This document shows, in pieces, positions 1 through 11,010 of a DNA stretch of 64,000 nt. Numbering within the stretch: position 1 is the first letter of the stretch; each line of letters starts with the position of its first letter. This DNA is from Thermoanaerobaculia bacterium (GTDB taxonomy: Bacteria > Acidobacteriota > Thermoanaerobaculia > UBA5066). The stretch spans positions 2,126-66,125 of the forward strand of contig JBBQRP010000021.1 in assembly GCA_038214715.1 (NCBI GenBank), in the 5' to 3' direction. The position numbers were made by a program, and so were the translations under genes. The notes under the pieces were generated by a model. That model searched no databases and was not told the origin of the DNA. It saw only the letters and a list, made by a program, of their open reading frames with translations.

Positions 1-365
1 CTCTCCCCGCCCTCCGGAGCGAACGTGTAGGGATCGGCGTCCCAACGCGCGTACTCCTCCGGCCAAAGCGCCTCGACCTCGCGGCGCATCCTCGTCTCCC
101 ATCGCCCGTGGGAGATCTCCCGGAGGCCAGGGACCGGCTGGACGGTGAGCCCGTGCGGCGCCGCGAGGATGCCGGCGCTCTCGAGCGTCCGGCGCATCGG
201 GCTCGCGTAGACGGCGCAGAGAGGCTCCTTCGAAAGGCGCACGGCCAGCGCCCCAAGCTGGGCGCGGCCCGCGTCGGACAGGTCGACGTCCGTCTCGCCT
301 GCGAAGCGGTCCTCGGCCGAGAGGATCGTGGCCCCGTGGCGGACGAGGTAAACGCGCGTCGGCAT
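1..365 (-). CDS. Histidine phosphatase (phosphoglycerate mutase-like) family protein, runs off the window edge
   Basis: Not in the ORF track. Manual translation from ATG 365: MPTRVYLVRHGATILSAEDRFAGETDVDLSDAGRAQ...AVYASPMRRTLESA...LREISHGRWE...PEGGE, with the RHG motif. Confidence 0.9.
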   Translation of the reverse strand, partial: MPTRVYLVRHGATILSAEDRFAGETDVDLSDAGRAQLGALAVRLSKEPLCAVYASPMRRTLESAGILAAPHGLTVQPVPGLREISHGRWETRMRREVEALWPEEYARWDADPYTFAPEGGE

Positions 366-369
366 GGGT

Positions 370-723
370 TCAGCCTTTCACGAGGAAATTTCGTTCGGAA
401 AGAATTCTTCGAAGGGTGTCACGGTGGTCGCCCTGGAGCTCGATGAGAGCCTGACCGATCGTCCCACCGGTGCCGAGCTGCTTCTTGAGCTCTTTTCCCA
501 GAGCTTCCAGGAAATCTGAATTCCTCGGCAGCCCATCCAGGATCGTGACTACCTTCCCGCCGCGCCCCTTCTTCTCGAGCCGCAGCTTGACGACGACCCT
601 CGGAGGGACCTTCTCTTCCTCGTTCGACGAACACTTGCACTGGTCGCTCGGCCAGCCGCAGGTCGCGCAGACGCTCCCGACCCCGGTCGAGTAGACGAGC
701 CGCACGGGATCGGGGCGGGACAC
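370..723 (-). CDS. yciH: SUI1/eIF1-family translation factor YciH
   Basis: LVYST, CxxC, RLEKKGRGGKVVT, LKKQLGTGGT, IELQGDHRD motifs; GTG start. Confidence 0.9.
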   Translation of the reverse strand: MSRPDPVRLVYSTGVGSVCATCGWPSDQCKCSSNEEEKVPPRVVVKLRLEKKGRGGKVVTILDGLPRNSDFLEALGKELKKQLGTGGTIGQALIELQGDHRDTLRRILSERNFLVKG

Positions 724-746
724 GCCGGGATTATCCTCCGCGGTGC

Positions 747-1178
747 ATGGCCGATCCGATTTCCGTGGCGCCCGGCGTCACCATCCCCGCGGCCGCGCTC
801 GAGGCGCGGCAGGTGCGCGCGTCCGGGCCGGGCGGGCAGAATGTCAACAAGGTCGCGTCCCGGGTGGAGCTGCTCATCGACGCGACCCGGATCGAGGGGC
901 TCGACGCAGGGGCCCTCTCGCGGCTTCTCGCGCTCGCCGGGCGCCGCCGGGCGGCCGATGGGCGCCTCCGCCTCGTCGCCCAGGAGAGCCGGGATAGGCA
1001 CCGGAACCTCGAAACCGCCCGGGAGCGGGTCCGCGATCTCGTCGCCCGCGCCCTCCTCGTGCCCGCCCGTCGCCGTCCGACGCGGCCGTCCCGGGGCGCG
1101 AAGGAGGCGCGCCTGCGCGAGAAGGTGCGGGACGGGAGGCTGAAATCGGTGCGCCGGGCGGTCGGAACCGAAGACTAG
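747..1178 (+). CDS. arfB: Alternative ribosome-rescue peptidyl-tRNA hydrolase ArfB (YaeJ)
   Basis: RASGPGGQNVNKV (GGQ motif) plus basic C-terminal tail RRPTRPSRGAKEARLREK. Confidence 0.92.
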   Translation: MADPISVAPGVTIPAAALEARQVRASGPGGQNVNKVASRVELLIDATRIEGLDAGALSRLLALAGRRRAADGRLRLVAQESRDRHRNLETARERVRDLVARALLVPARRRPTRPSRGAKEARLREKVRDGRLKSVRRAVGTED

Positions 1179-1268
1179 CGCATCTGAACTACTGCGCTTA
1201 CGGGGTCCCCGGGAGCATGTTGAAGGCGATGGGGGCGGACCCGCCCCAAGAATTAGGAGGATTTGTCT

Positions 1269-2598
<1,330 letters not shown>

Positions 2599-2612
<14 letters not shown>

Positions 2613-3012
2613 GCGAGGGTTCGCGGCGAGTGATCGGGGTCGGCAGCCGTTTTTCGTCCACGTTGACGTAAACGACTTCGGCCTCGGTCACGTTCACCGT
2701 CTCGCCGGTGCTTCGCCAGTGGTCCGCGGTCACGAGGACCTTGATCGTGATCGACGTGCGCCCGACGCGCTCGACCGTCGTATGGAAGCTCACGACGTCG
2801 CCGACGAAGACCGGCGCGTGGAAGACGACCTCGTTCATCTTCACCGTCACCACGAGGTCGCAGTACGGCCGCGTCGCGACGGCGCCGGCCTGGTCGATGT
2901 ACGCGAGGAGGACCCCTCCGAAGATCGTGCCGTGGCCGTTCGTGTCGCGGGGGAGCATCGAGACGCGGATCGCGGGTTCGAGTGCCGGGCGCGGGAGCGA
3001 CGGGTCGTTCAT
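2599..3012 (-). CDS. Acyl-CoA thioesterase (hotdog fold, YciA-like)
   Basis: PRDTNGHGTIFGG...IDQAG, VGRTSI, VYVNVD motifs. Confidence 0.9.
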
Positions 3013-3044
3013 GGCTCCGGATTATGGCGGGCTAAGATCCCGCC

Positions 3045-5267
3045 ATGTCTTCCCCGGCATCCGGTCTCTTTCTGGGTCGCGCCGTCGACCCCGCGACGGG
3101 GAAGACCGGCCCGGAGCCTTTCCGGCTGGATCCCGCGGACCTCACGACTCACGGCCTGATCGTGGGCATGACGGGGAGCGGCAAGACCGCGCTCGGCATC
3201 GTCCTGATCGAGGAGCTCCTGCTCCGGGGCATCTCCGTCCTCGCGATCGATCCGAAGGGCGACCTCGGCAACCTGCTCCTCGATTTCCCCGGTCTTTCGG
3301 CCGCCGAGTTCGCACCGTTCGTGGATCCGTCCGCAGGTACGGCCGAGTCGGAGTCGGCGAAATGGCGGGAAGGCCTCGCGGGATGGGGCCTTTCGGCCGC
3401 GAACGTGAAGACTCTGGTCGAGAGCCGCGACGCCGTGATCTACACCCCGGGTTCGTCGGCCGGCACGCCGATCGACCTCTTCGGCTCGTGTGCACCCCCG
3501 CCTCCCGAGGCTGACGACGACGACCGCCGGGACGTCGTGACCGCGTGGGTCGGAGGCCTCCTCGGTCTCGCGGGCCGGGACGCTGATCCCGTGAAGTCCC
3601 GCGACTTCATCTTCCTGTCCGCCTGCGTCGCGGCGCTCTGGGAAAAGGGGCGGACGGCCACGTTCGAGTCCCTCCTCGAGTCCGCGGCCGCGCCGCCGTT
3701 TGCGAAGGTGGGCGCTCTCCCGCTCGAGACGTTCTACCCCGCGAAGGACCGGCAGGAGCTCGTCCTCGCCGTGAACGCGCTTCTCGCGTCGCCGGCGACC
3801 TCGGCGTTCCGCGACGGCGAGCCGCTCGACGTGGCGACGATGTTTTCGTCCGGCCCGTCGGCCCGGCCCGATGCGCCCGGCCGTGCCCGCCTCTCGATCG
3901 TCTCGATCGCGCACCTCGGGGACGCCGAGCGCGTCTTCGTCGTCGCGACGCTCCTCTCGCGGGTGAAGGCCTGGATGCGTTCGCAGCCGGGAAGCCCGGC
4001 GCTTCGCGCGCTCGTGTACATCGACGAGATTTTCGGATTCTTCCCGCCCTCGGCCGAGCCCCCTACGAAACGGCCGCTCCTCACGCTCCTCAAGCAGGCG
4101 CGGGCGTTCGGCGTCGGAGTCGTCCTCGCGACGCAGAACCCCGTGGATCTCGACTATCGCGGCCTCTCGAACTGCGGCTGCTGGTGGGTGGGCACTCTCC
4201 AGACCGAGAGGGACCGCAAGCGCCTCGCGGAGGGCCTCGTGGAGGCGGGCGGAAAGGACGCGTCGGCGCTCCTCGACAGGACGCGCAAGCGCGTCTTTCT
4301 CCTGAACGACGTCCACCGCGGCGAGCCGGCCCTCGTCGAGACGCGCTGGGCGATGAGCTACCTGCGCGGGCCGATGACGAAGGCCGATCTCGCGCGGCTG
4401 AGGGCCGCTTCGGGAGGGAGCGCCGCGCCCGCGAGGAGGGAGGTCGCCGCCGCGGACTCGACGGCGCCCGCGCTTCCGTCCGCGTGGCCCGCGCGTTGGC
4501 TCGAGAAGCGGAACGCGGACATTGCGTCGCCCGCGCTCTTCGTGAAGTACGCCGTCTGCTATCGGGCCGCGGCGTCCTCCGCGCCCGAGACGACCGCGGC
4601 GAAGCTGTTCCCCCTCTCCTCGGCGTCCGCTGCGGAAATCCTGGAAGGGGACGCCACGGATCTCGACGCCTCGGACCTCGATACGCTGAAGGCGTCCGCG
4701 CCGGCCCGTCCCCTGCGCTACGCGGACCTGCCCGGCTGGTTCGGCGAAGGTGCCGTGAAGGCCGTCGAGAAGGCCGTGAGGACGCGGCTCCCCGACAAGC
4801 TCGCGACGACGCTCCTGAGGGACCCGGTCACGGGCGCACTCTCCGGGCCGGGAGAATCGGCGGCGATGTTCGCCGCGCGGCTCGCGAGCGGAACCGGCGC
4901 GGCGGATCCGCCAGCCGCGCTGCGCGAGAGGCTCGAAAAAAAACGGCGCGACCTCGCCTCCGCAGAAGCCGCGGAGAAGTCCCGCTCGCTCGAGACGTAC
5001 GCGTCGATCGGCTCGGCCGCCCTCGACGTCCTGGGCGGTTTCCTCGGGAGAAAGAAGACGCTGCGGGTGGGGAGGGTCGGCTCCGTGCTGACGAAGAGCC
5101 GCATGGAGGGCACGGCAGAGTCGAAAGTCGAAGGGTTGAGGGCCGACGTCGTGGCGCTCGAGGCGAAGCTGGCACCGCCCGACGCCGCCCGCTTCGAGAA
5201 GGTGAACGTCGTTCCGGCCGCCGCGCACGTCGACGTGCTGTCGATCGGAATTGTTTGGATTTGCTGA
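3045..5267 (+). CDS. HerA/FtsK-like P-loop ATPase (DUF87/DUF853-like) with C-terminal coiled coil
   Basis: Walker A GMTGSGKT, IDPKGD, Walker B VYIDE, QARAFGVGVVLATQNPVDLDY. Confidence 0.8.
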   Translation: MSSPASGLFLGRAVDPATGKTGPEPFRLDPADLTTHGLIVGMTGSGKTALGIVLIEELLLRGISVLAIDPKGDLGNLLLDFPGLSAAEFAPFVDPSAGTAESESAKWREGLAGWGLSAANVKTLVESRDAVIYTPGSSAGTPIDLFGSCAPPPPEADDDDRRDVVTAWVGGLLGLAGRDADPVKSRDFIFLSACVAALWEKGRTATFESLLESAAAPPFAKVGALPLETFYPAKDRQELVLAVNALLASPATSAFRDGEPLDVATMFSSGPSARPDAPGRARLSIVSIAHLGDAERVFVVATLLSRVKAWMRSQPGSPALRALVYIDEIFGFFPPSAEPPTKRPLLTLLKQARAFGVGVVLATQNPVDLDYRGLSNCGCWWVGTLQTERDRKRLAEGLVEAGGKDASALLDRTRKRVFLLNDVHRGEPALVETRWAMSYLRGPMTKADLARLRAASGGSAAPARREVAAADSTAPALPSAWPARWLEKRNADIASPALFVKYAVCYRAAASSAPETTAAKLFPLSSASAAEILEGDATDLDASDLDTLKASAPARPLRYADLPGWFGEGAVKAVEKAVRTRLPDKLATTLLRDPVTGALSGPGESAAMFAARLASGTGAADPPAALRERLEKKRRDLASAEAAEKSRSLETYASIGSAALDVLGGFLGRKKTLRVGRVGSVLTKSRMEGTAESKVEGLRADVVALEAKLAPPDAARFEKVNVVPAAAHVDVLSIGIVWIC

Positions 5268-5343
5268 GGAGAAGAAGAATATTTTCTTAGAAGGGTAATT
5301 TGGCGGATGCGCGCGGGGCACCATATTTCTCTAGAATCCTCAC

Positions 5344-5697
5344 ATGCCCAAGATTTCCCCCCGCAAGGAAGTGACCGACCACCCGCTCTACCGCGCGGCG
5401 ATGGCCGCGCAGCACATCGCCTACCAGCTCATGCGCGAGGTGCCGCCGGACCAGAAGGCGGCGGCGACGCGGCTCCACGCCTCCCTCGTCCATGCGACCG
5501 CGTACGCGGCGTATGCGGTGGATCCGGACCTCGAGGACAAGGCGGCGCAGTGGGCCGGCCTCGCGGCGAACGCGGCCCATGCGAAGGAACAGCTCGCGCC
5601 GCTCGCCCAGTTCGCCGGGGACGCGCGCGACGTCGACGCGTTGAACGCGAAGCTCGACGAGCTGGCGGTCGCCGCCTCGTCGACGGTCGCCGCCTGA
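5344..5697 (+). CDS. Divergent four-helix-bundle (23S rRNA IVP/Avd-like) protein
   Basis: 117 aa, all-helical. TDHPLYRAAMAAQHIAYQLMREVP...TRLHAS resembles the family N-terminus. TAGAAT 6 nt upstream of ATG. Confidence 0.55.
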   Translation: MPKISPRKEVTDHPLYRAAMAAQHIAYQLMREVPPDQKAAATRLHASLVHATAYAAYAVDPDLEDKAAQWAGLAANAAHAKEQLAPLAQFAGDARDVDALNAKLDELAVAASSTVAA

Positions 5698-5700
5698 GCG

Positions 5701-6054
5701 CTACTCTTCCTTCTTCGTCCCGAGGATCACGAGCACGATGAGGAGCAAGAGGACGATCAGCCCGATCACGATCGTCGTGGTGCGCGACGAGCCCGACGGG
5801 AGCTCGGACGAAGGCGCCTCCGCCTTCGTCGCCGGCCTCGCGGTTTCGAGCGTCGCGGCAGCGGGAGCGGACGTCGTGGGAGCGCCTGCCGAAGCGGCCG
5901 GCGAGGCGGTCATCGGGGCCGTGGCCGGAGGGGCCGCGACCGCTTCGGGGGTCGTCTTTCCCGTCGCGCCGGACGCGGACGGCTGCTGCGAGAGGGCGGG
6001 AGACGAGACGAGAAGGGCGAGAAGGAGAGTGGGGATCGCCGGGCTTCGCTTCAT
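5701..6054 (-). CDS. Exported Ala/Pro/Thr-rich protein with C-terminal membrane anchor
   Basis: Signal peptide, low-complexity linker, hydrophobic IVIGLIVLLLLIVLVILG followed by TKKEE. Confidence 0.7.
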   Translation of the reverse strand: MKRSPAIPTLLLALLVSSPALSQQPSASGATGKTTPEAVAAPPATAPMTASPAASAGAPTTSAPAAATLETARPATKAEAPSSELPSGSSRTTTIVIGLIVLLLLIVLVILGTKKEE

Positions 6055-6112
6055 GGTACGCGAAACTATCGGTCCTTCGGGGAAGCGTCAAGCGGCGAAG
6101 AGGGCGGCGGAA

Positions 6113-6478
6113 TCAGTTCGCCGGTTCGCCGGAACGGTCGGCCCTGAGCTGGGCGAGCTCCGCGCGGAGCGCGTTCAGATCGGCGAGGAGGCTTTCGCGG
6201 TCGGCGTCGGGAATCTGGACGAGCACGGGCTCGGATGTGAGGAGGTGCGCGACCTCGGCGAGCTTCCGCTCGGCCAGGGACAGTGCCTCGGTGACGTCCG
6301 TGCCGGAAAGCTCGAGAAACGCTTCCCCCACGAGGGACGGCACCGACACCGCGGCCTTCCGAAGGCGCGTCCCGGCCTCGGTGCCCTTCGCCCCGGCGGC
6401 CTCCACGGCGGCGTAAACCGTGTGAGCAAAGCTCATTCCACGCTTCCACGTCGGGAGATTTTTGTAGTCGCTCACCAT
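6113..6478 (-). CDS. Four-helix-bundle (23S rRNA IVP-like) protein
   Basis: From ATG 6478: [22 protein letters not shown]...[16 protein letters not shown], matching the family pattern Y..L..W..A...QLRRAAVSIPSNIAEG. Confidence 0.75.
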   Translation of the reverse strand: MVSDYKNLPTWKRGMSFAHTVYAAVEAAGAKGTEAGTRLRKAAVSVPSLVGEAFLELSGTDVTEALSLAERKLAEVAHLLTSEPVLVQIPDADRESLLADLNALRAELAQLRADRSGEPAN

Positions 6479-6584
6479 CGGTATCCTAGTACGTTTGCAT
6501 GCTCGTCGGCGTCGCAAATCCGGTGTTAGGCTCCCTTTTCGGACACGTCTTTTCGATTTGAAGAGGCGGGGAAGGAACGAAGCC

Positions 6585-7511
6585 ATGCGACGCAAGATCA
6601 CCGTGATCGGGGCCGGAAACGTGGGCGCGACCGTCGCCCAGAGAATCGTGGAGAAGGAGCTCGGCGACGTCGTCCTCGTGGACGTGGTCGAAGGGGTTCC
6701 GCAAGGCAAGGGCCTGGACATGATCCAGTCGGGCGCCGTCGAAGGCTTCGACATGAGGATCGTCGGGTCGAACGGCTACGACGAGACCGCGGGGTCCGAC
6801 CTCGTCATCGTGACCGCCGGCCTCGCCCGCAAGCCGGGGATGTCGCGGGACGATCTCCTGAGAAAGAACGAGGAGATCGTCGCGGAGTGCATCTCGAAGA
6901 CGACTCGAGGGTCGCGCGACCTGAAGGTCATCGTGGTGACGAACCCGCTCGACGCGATGTGCGAGGTCGTCCGCCGCGTCACGAAGCTTCCGAAGCAGAA
7001 CGTGATCGGGATGGCGGGTATCCTCGACAGCGCGCGCATGCGCGCGTTCATCTCGATGGAGCTCGGCGTTTCGATGACGAACATCCACGCGACCGTCTTG
7101 GGCGGCCACGGGGACACGATGGTTCCGCTGCCGCGCTACTCCACGGTCGCGGGCGTGCCGATCACGGAGCTCATGTCGAAAGAGCGCGTCGACGCGATCG
7201 TCAAGCGCACCGCGAACGGCGGCGCCGAGATCGTGAACTTCCTGAAGACCGGCTCGGCCTACTACGCCCCGTCCGCCGCCGCCGTCGAGATGGCGGAGGC
7301 GATCTTCAACGACCGCAAGAAGATCCTTCCGTGCGCGGCCTACCTCGAGGGCGAGTACGGGCTCAGCGGCGTCTTCGTTGGCGTTCCGGTCGTGTTGGGC
7401 GCCGGCGGCATCGAGAGGATCATCGAGCTCAAGCTCACCCCGGAGGAATCCGCCGCCCTCCACAAGTCGGCCGATTCCGTCCACGAGCTCGTCGGCAAAC
7501 TGACCGTCTGA
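6585..7511 (+). CDS. mdh: Malate dehydrogenase (LDH-like)
   Basis: [41 protein letters not shown]; ATG 6585. Confidence 0.96.
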   Translation: MRRKITVIGAGNVGATVAQRIVEKELGDVVLVDVVEGVPQGKGLDMIQSGAVEGFDMRIVGSNGYDETAGSDLVIVTAGLARKPGMSRDDLLRKNEEIVAECISKTTRGSRDLKVIVVTNPLDAMCEVVRRVTKLPKQNVIGMAGILDSARMRAFISMELGVSMTNIHATVLGGHGDTMVPLPRYSTVAGVPITELMSKERVDAIVKRTANGGAEIVNFLKTGSAYYAPSAAAVEMAEAIFNDRKKILPCAAYLEGEYGLSGVFVGVPVVLGAGGIERIIELKLTPEESAALHKSADSVHELVGKLTV

Positions 7512-7548
7512 TTCCGTCTCAGGGACCTTGGGGAGGAGAATCGCTCGA

Positions 7549-8217
7549 ATGGCCGCGCCCGCAACTCTCCTGAATTCGTCAGTCGGCAAGAAGATCATCA
7601 TGGCGATCACGGGGATCGTCCTGTCGCTTTTCGTCCTCGGCCACATGGCCGGTAACCTCCAGGCGTTTCTCCCGAACGGCGCCGAGGCATTGGACCACTA
7701 CGGTGCTTTCCTGAGGGGGCTCCTCCACGGCACGGGTATCTGGTTCGTGAGGGGCGGCCTCCTCCTCGCGGTGGGTCTGCACATCTGGGCGTATCTCTCC
7801 CTCACGAAGACGAGCATGGCCGCGCGCCCAACCGGTTACCGCATGAACGACTTCGAGGAGGCCACCTTCGCGTCCCGCTCCATGCGCTGGACCGGGCCCA
7901 TCCTCACCGCCTTCATCGTCTTTCACCTCATGCACCTCACGATCGGCAACGTTCATCCCCACTTCGTCGAGGGCAAGGTCTACCAGAATCTGGTCACGGG
8001 TCTCGCGTCCGTGCCGGTGGCGCTCTTCTACATCCTCGCGATGGGTTGCCTCGCGTTTCATCTCTGGCACGGCTCCTGGTCGATGCTCCAGACGCTCGGC
8101 CTCTCGCACCCGAAGTATCTCGGTGCGCGGAAGGTGTTCGCGGTCGTCTTCACGATTCTCGTGACCGGCGGGTTCGTGCTCGTTCCTCTCGCAGTCCTCG
8201 CCGGAGTCCTGAAATGA
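7549..8217 (+). CDS. sdhC: Succinate dehydrogenase cytochrome b558 subunit
   Basis: [19 protein letters not shown], five hydrophobic helices with conserved His; directly upstream of sdhA. Confidence 0.93.
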   Translation: MAAPATLLNSSVGKKIIMAITGIVLSLFVLGHMAGNLQAFLPNGAEALDHYGAFLRGLLHGTGIWFVRGGLLLAVGLHIWAYLSLTKTSMAARPTGYRMNDFEEATFASRSMRWTGPILTAFIVFHLMHLTIGNVHPHFVEGKVYQNLVTGLASVPVALFYILAMGCLAFHLWHGSWSMLQTLGLSHPKYLGARKVFAVVFTILVTGGFVLVPLAVLAGVLK

Positions 8218-10130
8218 TCGAACTCAAGTCGAACGTTCCCGACGGTCCCCTCGAGCAGAAGTGGGACAAGCACCGCTTCGACATGAAGCTCATCAACCCG
8301 GCGAACAAGCGGAAGTACACCGTCATCGTCGTCGGATCGGGGCTCGCGGGCGGCGCGGGCGCCGCGTCCCTCGCCGAGCTGGGCTACAACGTCTCCTGTT
8401 TCTGTTACCAGGACAGCCCGCGGCGCGCGCACTCGATCGCGGCGCAGGGCGGCATCAACGCCGCGAAGAACTACCAGAACGATGGCGACAGCATCCGGCG
8501 TCTCTTCTACGACACGGTCAAGGGCGGAGACTTCCGCTCCCGCGAGGCGAACGTCTACCGTCTCGCGCAGGTCTCGGTGAACATCATCGACCAGTGCGTC
8601 GCGCAGGGCGTGCCGTTCGGGCGCGAGTACGGCGGGCTCCTGGCGAACCGCTCCTTCGGGGGCGCGCAGGTCTCGCGTACGTTCTACGCGCGGGGCCAGA
8701 CCGGGCAGCAGCTTCTCCTCGGCGCCTACCAGGCCCTCGAGCGCCAGATCGGGCTCGGAAAGGTGCGGATGTATCCGCGCCACGAGATGCTCGAGGTCGT
8801 CGTCGTCGACGGGCGCGCGCGCGGGATCGTGACGCGTGACATGGTTTCCGGCGCGATCGAGTCCCACATCGCGGACGCCGTGATCCTCGCGACCGGCGGC
8901 TACGGAAACGTCTTCCACCTTTCGACGAACGCGACGGGCTGCAATACGACCGCGATCTGGCGCGCCTACAAGAAGGGCGCCGCGTTCGCGAACCCGTGCT
9001 ACACGCAGATCCACCCCACGTGCATTCCGGTCACCGGCGACCACCAGAGCAAGCTCACGCTCATGTCCGAGTCCCTGCGTAACGACGGGCGCATCTGGGT
9101 TCCCCTCAAGAAGGGCGAGATGCGCCCCGCGGACCAGATTCCGGAATCCGAGCGCGACTACTACCTCGAGCGCAAGTACCCGTCTTACGGAAACCTCGCC
9201 CCGCGCGACATCGCATCGCGCGCCGCCAAGCAGGTCTGTGACGAGGGCCGCGGCGTGGGCGAGACGCGCTACGGCGTCTACCTCGACTTCAAGGACGCCA
9301 TCCAGCGCCTCGGCGAGGACCTGATCCGCGAGCGCTACGGCAACCTCTTCGACATGTACGAGCGCATCACGGCCGAGAATCCGTACAAGGTCCCGATGCG
9401 CATCTACCCGGCCTCCCACTACACGATGGGTGGCCTCTGGGTCGACTACAACCTCATGTCGACGATTCCCGGCCTTCACGTCGCGGGCGAGGCGAACTTC
9501 TCGGACCACGGCGCGAATCGCCTCGGCGCGAGCGCCCTCATGCAGGGCCTCGCGGACGGCTACTTCGTCCTCCCGTACACGATCGGCAACTACCTCGCGG
9601 GAGCGAAGAAGGATTCCGTCGACACGAAGCACGCGGCTTTCAAGGAGGCCGAGGATGCGGTCGGTTCGCGCGTCAAGAAGCTCCTCTCGGTGAAGGGACG
9701 CCGGACCGTCGACTCCTTCTCGAAAGAGCTCGGCAAAGTCATGTGGGAGGGCTGCGGCATGGCCCGCAACAAGGCCGGCCTCGAGGCGGCGCTGAAGAAA
9801 ATCCCCGCCCTCCGCGAGGAGTTCTGGAAGAACGTCACGGTCGTGGGCCACCCCGAGGAGCTGAACCAATCCCTCGAGCGGGCGGGCCGCGTGGCCGACT
9901 TTCTCGAGCTCGGCGAGCTCATGTGCCGGGATGCCCTCGCGCGGGAAGAATCCTGCGGCGGGCACTTCCGGGAGGAGTACCAGACCCCGGACGGCGAGGC
10001 CGTCCGCAACGACGAGAAGTTCTGCCACGTGGCCGCCTGGGAGTACGCCGGAGAGGGCAAGGCGCCGGTCCGGCATGTCGAGGCGCTGGAGTTCCAGAAC
10101 GTCCATCTCGCCACGAGGAGCTACAAGTGA
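8214..10130 (+). CDS. sdhA: Succinate dehydrogenase/fumarate reductase flavoprotein subunit
   Basis: [36 protein letters not shown]; ATGA overlap with sdhC (true start 8214). Confidence 0.96.
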   Translation: MIELKSNVPDGPLEQKWDKHRFDMKLINPANKRKYTVIVVGSGLAGGAGAASLAELGYNVSCFCYQDSPRRAHSIAAQGGINAAKNYQNDGDSIRRLFYDTVKGGDFRSREANVYRLAQVSVNIIDQCVAQGVPFGREYGGLLANRSFGGAQVSRTFYARGQTGQQLLLGAYQALERQIGLGKVRMYPRHEMLEVVVVDGRARGIVTRDMVSGAIESHIADAVILATGGYGNVFHLSTNATGCNTTAIWRAYKKGAAFANPCYTQIHPTCIPVTGDHQSKLTLMSESLRNDGRIWVPLKKGEMRPADQIPESERDYYLERKYPSYGNLAPRDIASRAAKQVCDEGRGVGETRYGVYLDFKDAIQRLGEDLIRERYGNLFDMYERITAENPYKVPMRIYPASHYTMGGLWVDYNLMSTIPGLHVAGEANFSDHGANRLGASALMQGLADGYFVLPYTIGNYLAGAKKDSVDTKHAAFKEAEDAVGSRVKKLLSVKGRRTVDSFSKELGKVMWEGCGMARNKAGLEAALKKIPALREEFWKNVTVVGHPEELNQSLERAGRVADFLELGELMCRDALAREESCGGHFREEYQTPDGEAVRNDEKFCHVAAWEYAGEGKAPVRHVEALEFQNVHLATRSYK

Positions 10131-10900
10131 GACTGACGCTGAACGTCTGGCGCCAGAAGAACGCGAAGGCCGAGGGGGCGTTCGTCACATACGACGCTCC
10201 GGACATCAGCCCGGACATGTCTTTCCTCGAGATGCTCGACGTCGTGAACGAGCGCCTCATCCTCAAGGGCGACGACCCGATCGCGTTCGACCACGATTGC
10301 CGCGAGGGGATCTGCGGCATGTGCAGCATCGTCATCAACGGCTATCCGCACGGCCCGCGCCGGGGGACGACGGCCTGCCAGCTCCATATGCGGAGCTTCA
10401 AGGACGGGGACGCGATCACGCTCGAGCCCTGGCGGGCGGCGCCGTTCCCGGTCTTGAAGGACCTGATCGTCGACCGCTCGGCCTTCGACCGCATCCTCGC
10501 GAAGGGCGGCTTCGTCTCCGTCTCGACGGGGAGCGCTCCCGACGCCAACGCGATCCCGGTCCGGAAGAGCTGCTCGGAGCGCTCTATGGACGCGGCAGCG
10601 TGCATCGGCTGCGGCGCATGCGCGGCGGTCTGCCCGAACGCTTCCGCAATGCTGTTCGTCGCGGCCAAGGTCTCGCACCTCGCGCTCCTCCCGCAGGGGC
10701 AGCCCGAGCGCTATGATCGCGTTCTCTCGATGGTCGCGCAGATGGACGCCGAGGGCTTCGGCACCTGCACGAACCACGGCGAGTGCTCGCGCGCCTGCCC
10801 TAAGGAGATCGGCCAGGAGTTCATCGCGCAGCTGAATCGCGACTTCTTCAAGGCCACGCTCCTGTCGCGGCCGAAGGTCGCGGAAGGCGGATCCGGCTAG
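10127..10900 (+). CDS. sdhB: Succinate dehydrogenase iron-sulfur subunit
   Basis: GTG 10127 overlaps the sdhA stop; [33 protein letters not shown]. Confidence 0.95.
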   Translation: MRLTLNVWRQKNAKAEGAFVTYDAPDISPDMSFLEMLDVVNERLILKGDDPIAFDHDCREGICGMCSIVINGYPHGPRRGTTACQLHMRSFKDGDAITLEPWRAAPFPVLKDLIVDRSAFDRILAKGGFVSVSTGSAPDANAIPVRKSCSERSMDAAACIGCGACAAVCPNASAMLFVAAKVSHLALLPQGQPERYDRVLSMVAQMDAEGFGTCTNHGECSRACPKEIGQEFIAQLNRDFFKATLLSRPKVAEGGSG

Positions 10901-10926
10901 ATTTTCGGGTACGGCACGCACACACG

Positions 10927-11010
10927 GCGATCCTCGAGAACCGGATCACGCTTCTCGGCACGGGCAACCCGCGCCTCGCCCCGGCGCGCGCGGGCCCCGC
11001 AAATGCGTCT
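10927..11010 (+). pseudogene. Remnant of the N-terminus of an MBL-fold (RNase Z/arylsulfatase-like) hydrolase
   Basis: Intergenic frame reads ENRITLLGTGNPRLAPARAGPANA; no start codon and no catalytic domain. Confidence 0.5.

Noticed and set aside
1232-1248. GC hairpin upstream of gltA
   Set aside because: Short stem with no U-tract or riboswitch features; at most a 5' UTR stabiliser.
3045-5267. HerA-based anti-phage system
   Set aside because: No Sir2, nuclease or other effector is adjacent, and the context is housekeeping. Left as unresolved.
5344-6478. Diversity-generating retroelement suggested by Avd-like proteins
   Set aside because: No reverse transcriptase and no template/variable repeat pair seen in the window.
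7652-7676. GTAACC-N15-CGAA inside sdhC
   Set aside because: Intragenic, the -10 differs from CGTC, and no start codon is suitably placed.
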